Assembly: GCA_022605425.2 (NCBI GenBank)
Contig: CM061256.1
Location: forward strand, 558,001 to 622,000
DNA: 64,000 bases
Direction of reading: 5' to 3'
DNA from: Hamiltosporidium tvaerminnensis FI-OER-3-3
Lineage: Eukaryota; Fungi; Microsporidia
Shown: piece after piece, positions 1 to 12,501 of the stretch
How positions within the stretch are numbered: position 1 is the first letter of the stretch
How the letters are laid out: every line of letters begins with the position of its first letter
Made by a program: the position numbers and the translations under genes
Notes under the pieces: generated by a model
Databases searched by the model: none
What the model was told of the DNA's origin: nothing
The model's input: only the letters and a program-made list of their open reading frames with translations

Positions 1-655
1 AAAAAACTCTGTTGTTGCATTGATTATTGAAAAAATTTTCGTTTTATAAACATAAGTTATATGCTCACCACACGATGATTAAATTTATCGCGTTTCTATG
101 CAATGGTGATAAATTGATGATTCTCAATAATAATTGCACAAAACAATTTTGCTTGAATAGCTTCGTGGAACTACACACTTGATTAAATTAAAAGATTTTT
201 TTTATAAAAATAACTAAGTATTTATACAATAACAAATTAACCAATAGCATATAGCTAAAAGAACAGTACTTTCGGACGAATTAAACCCTGTAAAAGAAAT
301 ACTTCTTTGCTATAAAATACAGAATGGAATTAAAATAGGTGGAAGATGAAAGAACAAACATAAAATGCCGAGCTGAAATTCTGAGAAATTTGAAGTGAAT
401 ATAAAAGAAGAAGAGAAATATGCAAGTTAAAAAAGCCTAAATTTTATTGTGAAATTGCTCAAAGTGGATAATAATTTTGAAATAAATGATTAAAATATAA
501 GAGAAACAGACCAGTATAGCATAAGAAATTCTTATTGAAAAGCTAGGATACTACAACTCAGTTAGTGAAGTTTAAGATTATCTTCGGCATTTTTTTCTTA
601 TGAATTTAAAGGGATGTTCGTTTATACGAGCTTAATGTCTAGTAATTCATATAAA
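1..655. repeat. Dispersed repeat family A (partial; runs off the window edge); inverted relative to the copy at 8815
   Basis: 290-655 is the close reverse complement of 8815-9180 (e.g. gggatgttcgtttatacgagct / agctcgtataaacgaacatccc). 120-200 matches the reverse complement of ~9275-9350 and ~25520-25590. Confidence 0.85.
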
Positions 656-774
656 AAATGAATGTATGTGTGGGTGTTTAAAGACTGTAAATAAAAGGTG
701 TTGTTTTCCTAAAAAAGTGGTATTGTTTTCATCTGAAGGTAGATAAACTAAACGGTTAATTATAAGATTTTTAT

Positions 775-1000
775 CAGAAGGTGTTAATAAGTTTGGGTTA
801 ATTTAAATGGTGTTAATATATACCGTACTATTTTAAAGGGTGTTAATAAATTCATATTAGGCTAACAGGTTGTTAATATAGATTGTTGTCTGCTAAAGGG
901 GGTTAATATAACAAGAAATATGGACTAGGGTGTTATTTGACAGGGTAATGTACTAAAGGGTGTTAATAATATACAAGTATTATTAAAGAGGTGATTTACT
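775..1000. repeat. 30-bp-period array: conserved core (c/t)taaagggtgttaata with variable ~12-bp interspaces, ~8 units
   Basis: The ggtgttaata-like core starts at 780, 809, 839, 869, 899, 929, 959 and ~990. All intervening sequences differ. The KGVN frame and the reverse LTPF frame both contain stops. Confidence 0.85.
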
Positions 1001-2276
1001 GTTTCCTCACATTTTAGCGGTTCCAACGGATAAGCTATTTAAAAGTATGAATTTCTTTACGACTCACCATTTGAAAGGCAATGAAACGCACAAGAGTAAA
1101 CATTGCAGTGTATAGAATAAATTTGGGGAAAACGTGCTTTTCACATGAAAACTCTATGTAGCCACTTCATTCATGGAAATCTCTTCCTATTTTTTTTCTT
1201 TAGACACAAAAAAAAAGAATATAATTGTACAAAGGCACTAGAAAAAATAATAAATACTTTTCAAATTAATCAACCAATGTATGCTTTTATTTTTGTTATA
1301 CTTGATTCTACTGTCTTTTATAATCGCAGCAAGACTTGGTGGCAAGATAGTGGTAAATAAAACCTATTATGAAACAAAATATTTTTGATAAAAAAATGTG
1401 CATTTTTTGGTGATTTATATTCTTAATAAGAATCAAATCTTTTTACTTTTATAAAAAGCCAAAGTGCAAGAAAAAAAATATTGCATAATTCTAATCTATA
1501 TTTTAATTACATACATATTTAGCAAATTTATCTAGAAAATATTTTTCTGTATTTAAGCTCAGAAAAAAGAAAGTACGAATTAACCAAATAAATTATTGAT
1601 TAACTCCTTTTAAATAAAAAATTATATTTTTGTTAAATTTTAAAATATCAATCATTTGCTTCAATGATTATATTATCAGATTAAAAATAAAACATGATTT
1701 TCGAATTATATTTGCTAAATAAAGCAATTTAGAAAAAGTAGAACCAATCGTAAGTTGTTTTGTGTATTTTATTTTTATACTTGTTTGTTATAATTTTTAA
1801 GTTCATGAGAAATAATTTTTTAAATAGTGCTGCAAGTCTCAAATTTTCAAAATACAAAATTTGCACATAATTAAAGATTTAAATGTTTTACTTACACCCA
1901 GAATATACTTAGAATCTATTCTTCATTTATAAAACTCCTAAAAAAAACTTTTCATTTTATATTTTTAAGTAATTTAATAATTTTCTAACAGGTTTATGAT
2001 GAAAAGATATTTGTATTTGGTTTGATACTGTTTGCGTCAATGTATAAAAACATAATAATTTTTTACAATATTTTAATTGATCAAATAAAATGATAAATAA
2101 ATCAGATTACAAATTTACCAAAAACTTTATTCGATCAAAGTTTTATAAAGAACCAATAAAAAAACGAAAGTTTTTCTAAAAAAATGTTATTCTATTTTTA
2201 ATTAATTATATTGAAAAATAAGATTTACGTTTTTTGACAAATTATCAAATATATAAGTTGAAAATATTTTATCCCC

Positions 2277-3987
2277 ATGATTTTTTTTATTTTTATTTGT
2301 AGAATAATATATGCATCGAAAATTGAATATACAGCTATTTAAGGTGATTCACTATCTATAAATAACATGTATTTGGAAATTCCGTATGAAATCGGAGAAA
2401 ATGATGAAGTGAAAGAATGTTTTGACAAGTTAGAACTCGATATTGAAGACGAAAGGAAAGAAAAGGTAATTCAAATTACAAGTTTCTACTATAATAAAAT
2501 AAAAGAATATACAAACGTGAAATTACATCCATTCATATTATACTTTACCACGTATATTTGCTATTTTGTATATCGTGATATGCAATTTGATGTAAAAAAA
2601 TATAGACCAGAACTTTTGTTTAATTTGATTACTTTTGGAAGATTTGTTGAAGCGTACAAAACAGATGAGGATATTAAACCAATTATTAAGGATATTTCCG
2701 CCAAACTGGCAACATATGGCGCACAAAGATAATGTGAGAATATCTCTGAGTGGAATAAAAAAGATTACAATATATTAAAGGAAAAACACCCTAAGATATG
2801 TAGAAATATCGAAAATAGCTTAAATCAAGATAATAAAATAGATATATTTGTGTTGGAGAATACAAAATTTATTAAAGGATATTCTTCAGAAGCAAGTAAA
2901 AGTAAAATTTCCATTAATCTAGCCAATGCAACGGTAGAAAATTATTTTGGTTTTTTCTTAATTATAAACCAAAGATTTTTTAACGGGAAAGAATATAGAG
3001 TAGACATTACTCGGAAATCTGCAATCAACAAATCTACAATATCTTTTCTTGAACTTAAAATTATGTTAGAAAAAACGACTGGTTGTATAAATCTATTTTC
3101 TGTAATGATAGATTTTGAATCTTATAAAGAAATTGCAGAAAATATTTCTGAGCCAATTTTCAGAACAATTTTGAAAGTGAAAGACGGTTTCGAAAAAAAT
3201 ATACGAATTTAGTGGCAAGGAACTTCAATCTACTGTTAAACCGGAGGATTCAAACTTCTCATTAGAATTCATTGAAAATATTGTGAAAAAAAAGAGATCA
3301 ACTATATAAAATCTTTATACGTTTTCTTGAAAAATATTTCTAAAACAGAATACCATGAATATATAGCAGCAGTACTTGGTTTGAAGGCATTTTGTTTTAA
3401 AGAAATAGTTTTTTGTATGAAAAAAAGCTCCGAAGCGTTCTTGAAATTTTATTTCTTGCAGATGTTTTGAATATAGAATTTGAAAGATAAATAATAATCC
3501 TTCAATTATAAATACATATGGGGTGCCTTTTATAGCAGTGATTAAAAATTATCTTGATGAACAGCGCATAGAATACGATAAAAACTTGGTATTAAATACT
3601 TTTAATCATTTTTTGTTACCTCGAACATTCAGCATATTGAAAACTTTTATTTTTGTAAATTTATTTGCTAATTCCTCTTGGAAAGGCGATTATAACAAAG
3701 AATTGAAAGAATATTTCACGAAAAACAAAAAGAATGTCGATGAAGAAGTTGTAGTTAATGAGAAAAACATATTTCTATATGTTTTTGAACAAGAGTTTTC
3801 AAAGCTTAGCCCCGAAGAAAGAAAAAAGATTTTTACAATTCCGGTAACCAAAACCCCAATTTCTGATAACAAGAATTAGTCGAAAGAATTCTGTATTAAA
3901 GATATTTTGCTGTTTGTTTTAATCCCAATCGTTTTTATTGGTGGTGTTCTTTTGGGCGTATATTGGTTTATTTACAAAAGAAGGTAA
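2277..3987 (+). pseudogene. Pseudogene of a ~570-codon type I membrane (surface) protein of unknown family
   Basis: ccccATG at 2277 starts the signal-peptide-like MIFFIFICRIIYAS. In-frame TAA at 2340 and 2730 separate ORF pieces 2367-2732 and 2850-3212, which share a frame. Frameshifts fall near 3200-3500. Reading through TAG 3877 gives the TM helix ILLFVLIPIVFIGGVLLGVYWFIY, then KRR and TAA at 3985. Confidence 0.75.
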
Positions 3988-4991
3988 AATAAAGATTTTT
4001 TATTTTAATTTTTTCTAATTTGTTGCATTATTGCGATTTTAAAATAAAATATTTCGAAATTCACTCTAATAAATCGTAAATTTATTAGTTAAAAAATATA
4101 TTTACATAACTTACAATGTATAAGGAATTAAGAAAATCGTTACTTATGTGTTATTTTTACACCAAAAAATATATTTCTGAAATTGTTTTAAATATATAAT
4201 TATTTTTGCTTTTCGATATCGGTATGCCTGTGATTTTTAACTTTCCAATAGTATATGTTCAGCATTGTTGATTGCACTCAAACATATCAGCAATCTTTTA
4301 TTTAATTAGATATTTAAATATATCAAAATAATTCTATTTAAAAAATATTGGTATTCTTTTTTTTATAGTTTTTTTTATTTAAAAAGTTTGTGTTAATTTG
4401 TAAAGTAAATCTTTAATAACTACAACTGTGATCCTATCTATGATATTAATACCTATTAAATATTAGCTCTTATGTATAATTTACCAAATATTTTTATTAT
4501 TTTTTATTATTTTTATTAAAAGTCAACTTTGATAGATACTACAAATTTAGAAGGCATTTGATTTTCATAATTTATCATTCTTTTACTTCTATTTACTATC
4601 AAATCTTGTTAACAATAAAGATAATTTCATTCTTGATAAGGAAAATCTAAAAATTGTACAAAATAATACCTCTATATTTTTTTAGGTCTACACTCTTAAA
4701 CATTTTTATGATATATTTTAAAAATTGGTAAATAAATTTAAGTTCTATTTAATGTAATGATTGGTCATCTATACCTTTTTTTATTTTTCCAAAATAGATA
4801 AAAATATTTTGAAAGGAAAAATGAAACCATATTATTTACCAATCGATACATAAATTGTTATCAATAAAAAAATAAACATATTGAATATTTTTAATCTTCT
4901 CTTCTTCGTTCAATTAAAATATTTTTTGCCAAAAATAAATGTTTCACATAAATAATTTTAGAATATTAAAGGTGAAATTCTTAAGAAAAAT

Positions 4992-7900
4992 TTATTTAAT
5001 AAAATTCTGGGTAAACAAATTTTTCTCTTTTCTAAATAATTCTTTCCACAATTTCAACCACTTCTTCTCTTCCTCCAACTCCAACTCTTCATTTATATTA
5101 GTTGTTGGTTCCTTTGCTGTGGTTATACCATCCAAAATAAGGGGTAAAATATTTTTTGTATTTTCCGTTTTAACATCATCTTCCTCGTTGTCTACTTGCT
5201 TTAAAGGGGGTATTGGTTGTTTATGCATCTCAGCTCCTAAAATAACACTTAATGATGCTCTCTCCCAGCTCTCCTCGGCATTTGGTCCAGACTCAAGTCC
5301 TCTTCGTCGATCAAAAGAAATTATTTCGACTGTCTTCTTGATACTATGGATTGTATATATGCCTCTACATTCATAGGTATTTGCGGTCTCTTAACATACG
5401 TCTTATGGTATTTTGTCACAATACCGTCCCAGGTCATCACATAAGGAATCATCTATACATTGCATTTATAAATAAGACCAAACTCATTTGGTAATAGGTC
5501 ATACTTCCTAAGCTTCTCTGTTTCAACTATTTAAAGAGATTCTTGGGTAGTGATTCCTACTTCAATGAGGGTTATCCTATTCTGTCTCTTATCTAAAATA
5601 AATTTACTAATCTGTTACACCGAATCTTGACATCAGTTTTTATTCTGGAGTCCACTCTTATCTTTGCATATTCGTTATCAAGAATTTTTTGAACTGAGTG
5701 GCTTCTAATTCGTTTCTAAGACTTGAACTTATATTTATTCAGCAAGAGTAAATGTATTCATCGTACCACTTCATTATATCGTCTAGTATAGTCATGGCCA
5801 AGCATTTTTTCACATCTCGTTGCCAAGTGATCTACTGTTTTCCTAGACTGGTTGCAGTGTGACACATACCTTCTGCCCCCCCCAGAATAAATTTATATCC
5901 TGGATATAACAGAACACTGCTTAATCAAGTGGTCTTACACTTTCTTTCTTTAACCATATTGAGGAGTCATTTACACTTACCAGCTCGTTATTTCTAGCGC
6001 TATATAATTTTGAATGTGGTTTTCGGTTTTTGATTTCGTTATATAGGTTAGCTAGTTGAGCTTCTTCCAATTTCTTTTTTGTGACTTCCTCTTCCAACCC
6101 GTATTTTATTCTTAAAAAGTTTTTAATTAGTGAAAGTTGGGTTTTATTATTATTCTCAACCTTTAGGATTGCTGCTCTTCTGGTCGATGTATCTTTATGT
6201 TTTTTTAGAGAATCTAAGAGTTCAAAAAGCATATGTTCGCTTTTGAACTCGACACTATGTAAACCTCTTCCAAGTTCTTTACGTGGAAGGTATAGACGTT
6301 CTTTGCCTCCTGGGTGTAGATGTATTTTGTTCTTTACTAACACTGCACGCACCGCATCATCTAACGTAGAGAAGTCAGCCGGTTCCAGTCGGAGTACACC
6401 TATATGATAGTTTAGTAAAGAAATTGCATGTTGATTAATGGCTTGAAATAAATTTCTTGCATTTAATCTCGTGCGAAAAAGTCTTTCTACTCGTGCTATA
6501 AGTTTAGTCTGTACTTCCTCAAACGACTTACTTGTTGGAATTCCTCTGCTATCTTCTATAATTCCAAGGTATTTATAAACACCTATTCCTTCAAGAAGAG
6601 TAGCAGTATCTTCACAACATGGATCATTAGTGGCTGACTTCTCTTTGTTAATTTCCAATCCTATATTATTCATAAACTTTTTAACCTCCTCTGTCATTTC
6701 TTCCAATGTTTGTCCATCTTCGGCAAGAAGCTTAAGATCATCAATAAACAAAAGATGATTAGTCGCGTGGGATTCTGCATCTGTCTTTATTGTCACTTTT
6801 GTGTATTTCTCATTAAGCTTTCGGCTCAATGGATCCATACACAACACAAACAATAATGGTGACAAACTATCTCCTTGCAGAATCCCTCTATCAATCTTCT
6901 TGCTCATGATTTTTTCAGGCCCTACTGATATATCAATTTTCCATTTTGATATAATTACCTTAATAAATTTCAGGATCCAATCAGGTAAATTAAGGTTTTC
7001 AATGCATTGAGTCAAATAAGCATGATCTATTGAATCATAAGCTTTTTTGACATCAATCCATGTTGCCTTAAGATTGTTTCCGTACTCTTTATTAATGGCA
7101 ATATTCAATAGGGCCTGTTCTTTCGCTCCTTGCACTCCTCTAACCGCTCCCAACTGATTATCTGAAAGTAATCCTCGTCTTTCCACCTCAACCTGAACCA
7201 CTTTAGTGACACATTTTGTAGTCAGTTTATACAGGTTTGACATACAAGTTATTGGTCTGTAATCAGAGCCAGTCTTTGGTGTACCTTTAGGTATCAGATA
7301 AGTAAGTCCACAATAATACCAATCGGCTTGAGGCGTTCCTTCTACACATGACTTTCAAAATATCGTAAAGATATTTATGAAGGCTCGTAAGTTTCTCGAT
7401 GTAAAAGTAATAAATACCATCAATTCTAGCGGCTTTCCAGTTAGGCAGCCAGTTGAAAATATCTATAAACTCTTCAAGTGAAGGAAACGTGGTCTGGTGC
7501 GTATCTGGCACGTAGGGTATCAAATACTCATCATATGTAACTACTTTATCATTTTTGTTCCACATTGTAGACCAAAATTCTGAAATTTCGTCACGATAAA
7601 CCACATGCTCGGATTTTTCGCGCCCAGTTAACCCTAGATAAAATCGACCTCGGAAAAGCTCAAACATACGATTCTCTTTTCGGGATTTCCTCCTACTTTC
7701 TTACATCGTAATTTTTTTCTCGTACAAATTCAAAGCCTCATTCTTTTTAACCAAAGCCTCAGAGATATCATTTATTTTGCTTAAGTCTAAATTAAACTCT
7801 CGCAGCATTTTTCTGAGACTTTTCGTTTCCGAAGTTTAGAGCTTTTCCTGCTTACGAGCCTTCTCGAGGAGATCTTTGGAATGTACTAACTTAGAAATTT

Positions 7901-8770
7901 TACTTTCTATGTTTTCTTTCCAAGCGGATCTAGGCTTCTCCTTACGCGTTTCCTCGTCATAGCATACCTGGCCCGCCTGGATGATTCGAGCTGCATCACT
8001 AACATTCTTAGGCACATGAAATTCAGCATATTCACCTGTGATCTGATTTATGAGTTCCAAAACTTTACTATGAACCAATTCACTTGGAAGTTTTCTAGTT
8101 TGGACCACTACAGCCCCGATTTACTTCGAGCGTTCCTTAATTTTAGACAATAACTTTTCTTTCGGGTTCATATAGAGTGTAGTGTCAGTTAAGGAACATG
8201 GCTCGGCGAGACAAGTGGCGATTCTACGTCGCTCTCCATTCTCTTCTTGCCTCATTACCTATCTGCCTCATTATGTGTTAATTTTTTTTACACATCGATA
8301 TCAACATTCCGACCAAATTTTCCATTATAGTACCTAAGAATCGCAGGCCAGCCATTTCGAGGCATTCTCTCAAACCTTTTTTGCAGTGCTGAAATAGCAT
8401 ATCTAGGCCATTCCTGCCCTACAGCTGTGACAGAGTCAAGTATTGAAGGCAATACCATCAGTCGATTTCCTTCTGGAATGGCAGGTGCATTGAGGTTTTC
8501 CATTGTGTTGGCTGGTCCACACGCAGAAGAATCGGTACAGAAAGAAAGGGGGTGCGGAATCGAGCAGGCTGACTGGAGTAACATATAACGTAGTGCTTAA
8601 TGGGAAGTGGGTATTATTATGGATGGTCGGTTGTGGTGGATGTGTCTCGGATATAGTCACCACATCTCTATCACACGTTTTGTCTCTTTTAAACTAATTT
8701 CCGTGTTGTTTACAGCCTTTATTTCTTCATTTTTTATATTTTCGCTATCAACTTTTTTTCTTCTACCAAT
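4992..8770 (-). mobile_element. R4/Dong-like RLE non-LTR retrotransposon, apparently full length (~3.8 kb), decayed
   Basis: ORF fragments 8288-8584, 7836-8108, 7287-7667, 5921-7243 and 4992-5228 match the intact copy at 26674 and the copy at 57380. The 3' end is cccagaattttattaaataaat. Degenerate TSD ttcttaagaaaaat (4978-4991) / ttcttacgaagaat (8771-8784). Confidence 0.9.
5921..7243 (-). pseudogene. Reverse transcriptase domain fragment of the R4/Dong-like element
   Basis: WIDVKKAYDS, RGILQGDSLSPLLF, FIDD and YKYLG motifs. Truncated by a stop before the CCHC/RLE region. Confidence 0.9.
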
Positions 8771-8814
8771 TTCTTACGAAGAATAAAGATGTATATTTTA
8801 AATTGTCACTGCTA

Positions 8815-10270
8815 ATTTATATGAATTACTAGAGATTGAGCTCGTATAAACGAACATCCCTTTACATTCATAAGAAAAAAATGCCGAAAGAAATCTTAAA
8901 CTTCACTAAATGAGTTGTAGTTTCCTAACCTTTTCAATAAGAATTTTTTATGCTATACTGGTCTGTTTCTCTTATATTTTAATCTTTTTAAAATTATTAT
9001 CCACTTTGAGCAATTTCACAATAAAAATTTAGGCTTTTTTAACTTGCATATTTCTCTTCTTTTTTTATATTTACTTCAAATTTTTCAGAACTTCAGCTCG
9101 GCATTTTATGTTTGTTCTTTTCATCTTCCACCTATTTTAATTCCATTCTGTATTTTATAGCAAAGAAGTATTTCTTTTACAGTGTTTTCTTGTTTGAAAA
9201 CACTGTTCATTTAACTTTATGCTGTATTATTTAATTTATTTATTCGAAAAATTCTTAGTTATTTTTATTAAAACTCTTTTGATTCAATCAAGTATAAAGT
9301 TCCATGAAGCTTTTCAGGCAATATTTGTGTTATGCAATTATTATTTAGAATATAAAAAAATTGCACAAAGAACGGCAAAAAAAACATCATTTGTATCATA
9401 AAATTTTTCTTAACTGTAAATTCGTAGAAAATAAATCAGAACAAATTAACTTAAATTTTTTTGAAAAAGGAAAACCTTTGAAAAAGTAAAAAAACAAATC
9501 TATCTGTTTTTCTTACACATTAATATACAGTCTAGAAAAAAATTTTACAATTTTATTTCAAATATTTTTTTGAACCAATAGAATTTTTTTAATTGTTTTA
9601 TGTTCACTTCTACTCACTATTATTAGTTGTGTAAGATTTATGAACAAATAGAAAGAAAAATATCTTAAATTGAGCATTCTTATTGGTGTCTTATATTTTT
9701 TTAACCAATTAAACATTTGAGGTGAGTCTTTGTCGTCAGGACATTACTGAATTATATAAATGATAACTCTTATTTATTTTTTAAAAAATCTTTTGATTTA
9801 ATCAAGTTTAAATTCAAAGGAGCTATTCGAGAAATAATTGTTTGCACAATTGTTAGAAGGGATATAAACAAATTGCACATAGGAAAGGTAATAAAGTATC
9901 AATCATATCATTCTATTGTTTATGTAACCGTAAAATTCTTAGAAGAAAAATTTAAACAGATCAATTAAATTAATTTTTTTTTTTCAAAAATGAAAGTTTT
10001 AGAAAAATTTAAAACAAAATCATGTTATTCATGCTACATGCTACAATTTAGAAGTGTGCTAACAATATTTACTCGAATATTTTTTTAGATCAATTAAACG
10101 TTTTCAAGTGTTTCATACTCAGTTCTAATCAAGATTATTTGTTGTATAAAATTTATAAGCAAATCAAACGAGTTATATACTTATCGAAACACTATTTATA
10201 GAGGTTGCATTTTATGCACTAATTAAACATCTTGAGGTGGGTTGTCTGGACATTACTTAATCTTATAAAT
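8815..10270. repeat. Dispersed repeat family A with an internal ~0.5-kb tandem duplication
   Basis: Matches 1-655 (inverted) and 23995-26000 (direct). Segment ~9250-9770 recurs at ~9770-10270 (e.g. aattaaacatttgaggtg...ggacattact at ~9710-9750 and ~10220-10260). Confidence 0.8.
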
Positions 10271-11719
10271 GATTCGGTTTTTAAGTTATCCGTTCTTATA
10301 ACCCCATCTATATAATATGAAAAATCTCATTGCTTTTTTTTCGGGGATATTTTCTTTAAAATAAAGATAAATGAGCAAAAGGAATTTACTTTTTGGTCTC
10401 AAAATAAATTTGAAATTGGTCCTTAATTTTCTTATTCAATTTAATTATTCATGACATAGATGTTAAATTTTTAATTCATAAAGACGGGCCTATTAGAAAA
10501 TGCTACTGTTTTAAAGTTAAGCATCATTCAAAATCCCACCTAGTTTGCAAACACTACATAAAGGTATTTTTATGCAATTTTACCCATTCAAGTTATTATT
10601 TTAGAATTAATATGATATTTTCTATATCTTTGAATAATTTATATGTAAAAATCTTATATATTAAAGTAATTGGGCATTGGGCAATGGTTTTAAGCCAGAA
10701 AAAACACAATTTTATTTATGTATTTTATTAAACGCGCGTTTTAGTGAGAGTTTTGAATGTTTAGATTTTTGCTTGTTCAATCCACACTCTACCAAACACC
10801 TTTTTTTAACTAATTTATATGTTAATTGAATTTGAGCATTGGTATTATTTATCTTCTTACAGCCGAAATTCGGTTTTTATACTTTTCATTGTTATAAATA
10901 CAAACCTATAATTTAAATTTTAGAAAATATTTGCAAAATAATGGAAAGAATATAATTAAGTGGCTTTTACCTGACCAACTTTTTTTAAGACTCTCACCAC
11001 ATCTTGATACTATGTAACTTAGATGATACTCGTCTATAGTTTCAAAAAAGTTCATATTCTTAGGTAGATATTCACTGCTCGTAATATAAGATTTTTAGCA
11101 AATTAAACGGGCTTTTTTATTCGCGAAGTTCTTTAGCATTTTGAATGAGTTAACTCACTCGTTAATTTACATCTCTCGTCTTTTATTTTCATTGGAATGC
11201 TCTTCTGTTATTTGATGAATTTAGATATGATTTCGCTTCTTGAATTGCTTTTATAAATTTCATGTCAAATAGTTTTAGATTTCACAAAATTTTATAAAAT
11301 TGCAAACATATAGACAAAAACCTGATGGCTGTAACCCCGTTTTAACTTATCAGTGACATATGAACATATAGACAGCCTATATTATCAATTTAAATAAAAA
11401 TTTATTTTTGTAGGAAATTTTATGGCCTTTCTTAATAACCATCCTTGATTTGGGCTAATTAAAAACTTAAATTTACTTAAAACCGGGAATAATTTAGATT
11501 TTAACCAGAGTTTTTTCAACTTTCGGAAGAATTGATTTGTATATTGGTTTGTTGCTCGGTAAAATTAAAAATATAAGTAATATCAAAAATAATATGATAT
11601 TATCGAATTAGCTCTGAAAATGTCAAAATATTAAGAAATATTTTATTCCTAGATATGATATCTTCTTAAAAAACAGAAAGAATTTATTATTCATAAAATT
11701 TATGCAGTTCTAAGATTAA

Positions 11720-11980
11720 CATACTTTAAGTCTTCTTAAATACCATCACTATCCTCTGCGAAACCAACTCTGAGCTTCTCACCTTAAAAAAATATTAAAC
11801 CCATTTAATGAGCAAAGTGGGTACATGAAATTTGTAGTATATGTAAAATGGAGTGTGATCACAGATCAAAACTCGGCTGTTGCGCACGAGACACGAAGCA
11901 TTTCACTTATATTACAGATATCAACCAAATTAATATCTAACTAAGACATATATAGATGCTCTAAGTAGGAACTGCTTATA
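11720..11980 (-). mobile_element. Old, diverged copy of the structured-RNA retroposon (family B)
   Basis: Collinear patches match the reverse complement of ~33910-34130: atcctctgcgaaacc, an exact atggagtgtgatc, agcatttcactta and ctaactaagacatat. Confidence 0.55.
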
Positions 11981-12501
11981 CTTTGCAATGTAAAACCTAA
12001 AGGTTTAGCCGATATTTAGAAGTCCCGGATATACCAATGGTTATGCCCATACGTATTCTACAGGCGCAGAATCTTTTTACTTGACTGTAATAGACTATGT
12101 TATTTTGCCTTTACATAGTAGTTGCTGATAAGTTTAGTCGTGTTTTAATTTTAGCCACACAAAAGGCACCAAACTTTTCTTTAGAAAGTATTTTGATATT
12201 TTTTGTACTTTTCTCTTTGAGTACATATGTACATGGAAAAACTAAAAAAAAAGTCTTTGTTTTCCTACAATTAAAATTGAAAAATTTTTTAACTAAGATT
12301 AACATAGTCATTGCTAAGCAGATAGTTTTAATATGTAATATCACCAATCAGTAGTTTTAATACTATTTAGTTATAAATTTTAAGTATTAGCAAGTCACGT
12401 TTAATTTTAAATTGATTTGTTTTGTTTTGGTTTGATGTATTTAATCTTTATAAAAACAAAAAAAAAGAATTTAATTTTAATATCAATAACACTAAAAAAA
12501 A

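Noticed and set aside
775-1000. CRISPR array
   Set aside because: Repeats are degenerate and short, spacers are only ~12 bp, there are no cas genes and the context is eukaryotic. Kept only as an unexplained phased array.
2277-3987. Stop-codon reassignment (TAA/TAG read-through)
   Set aside because: Intact genes in the window end in TAA and have no internal stops, and this locus also has frameshifts.
6081-6407. Antisense ORFs over the retrotransposon (also 4939-5376, 27603-27929, 28566-28892, 59081-59410, 60137-60457)
   Set aside because: Shadow frames of the RT/RLE coding strand.
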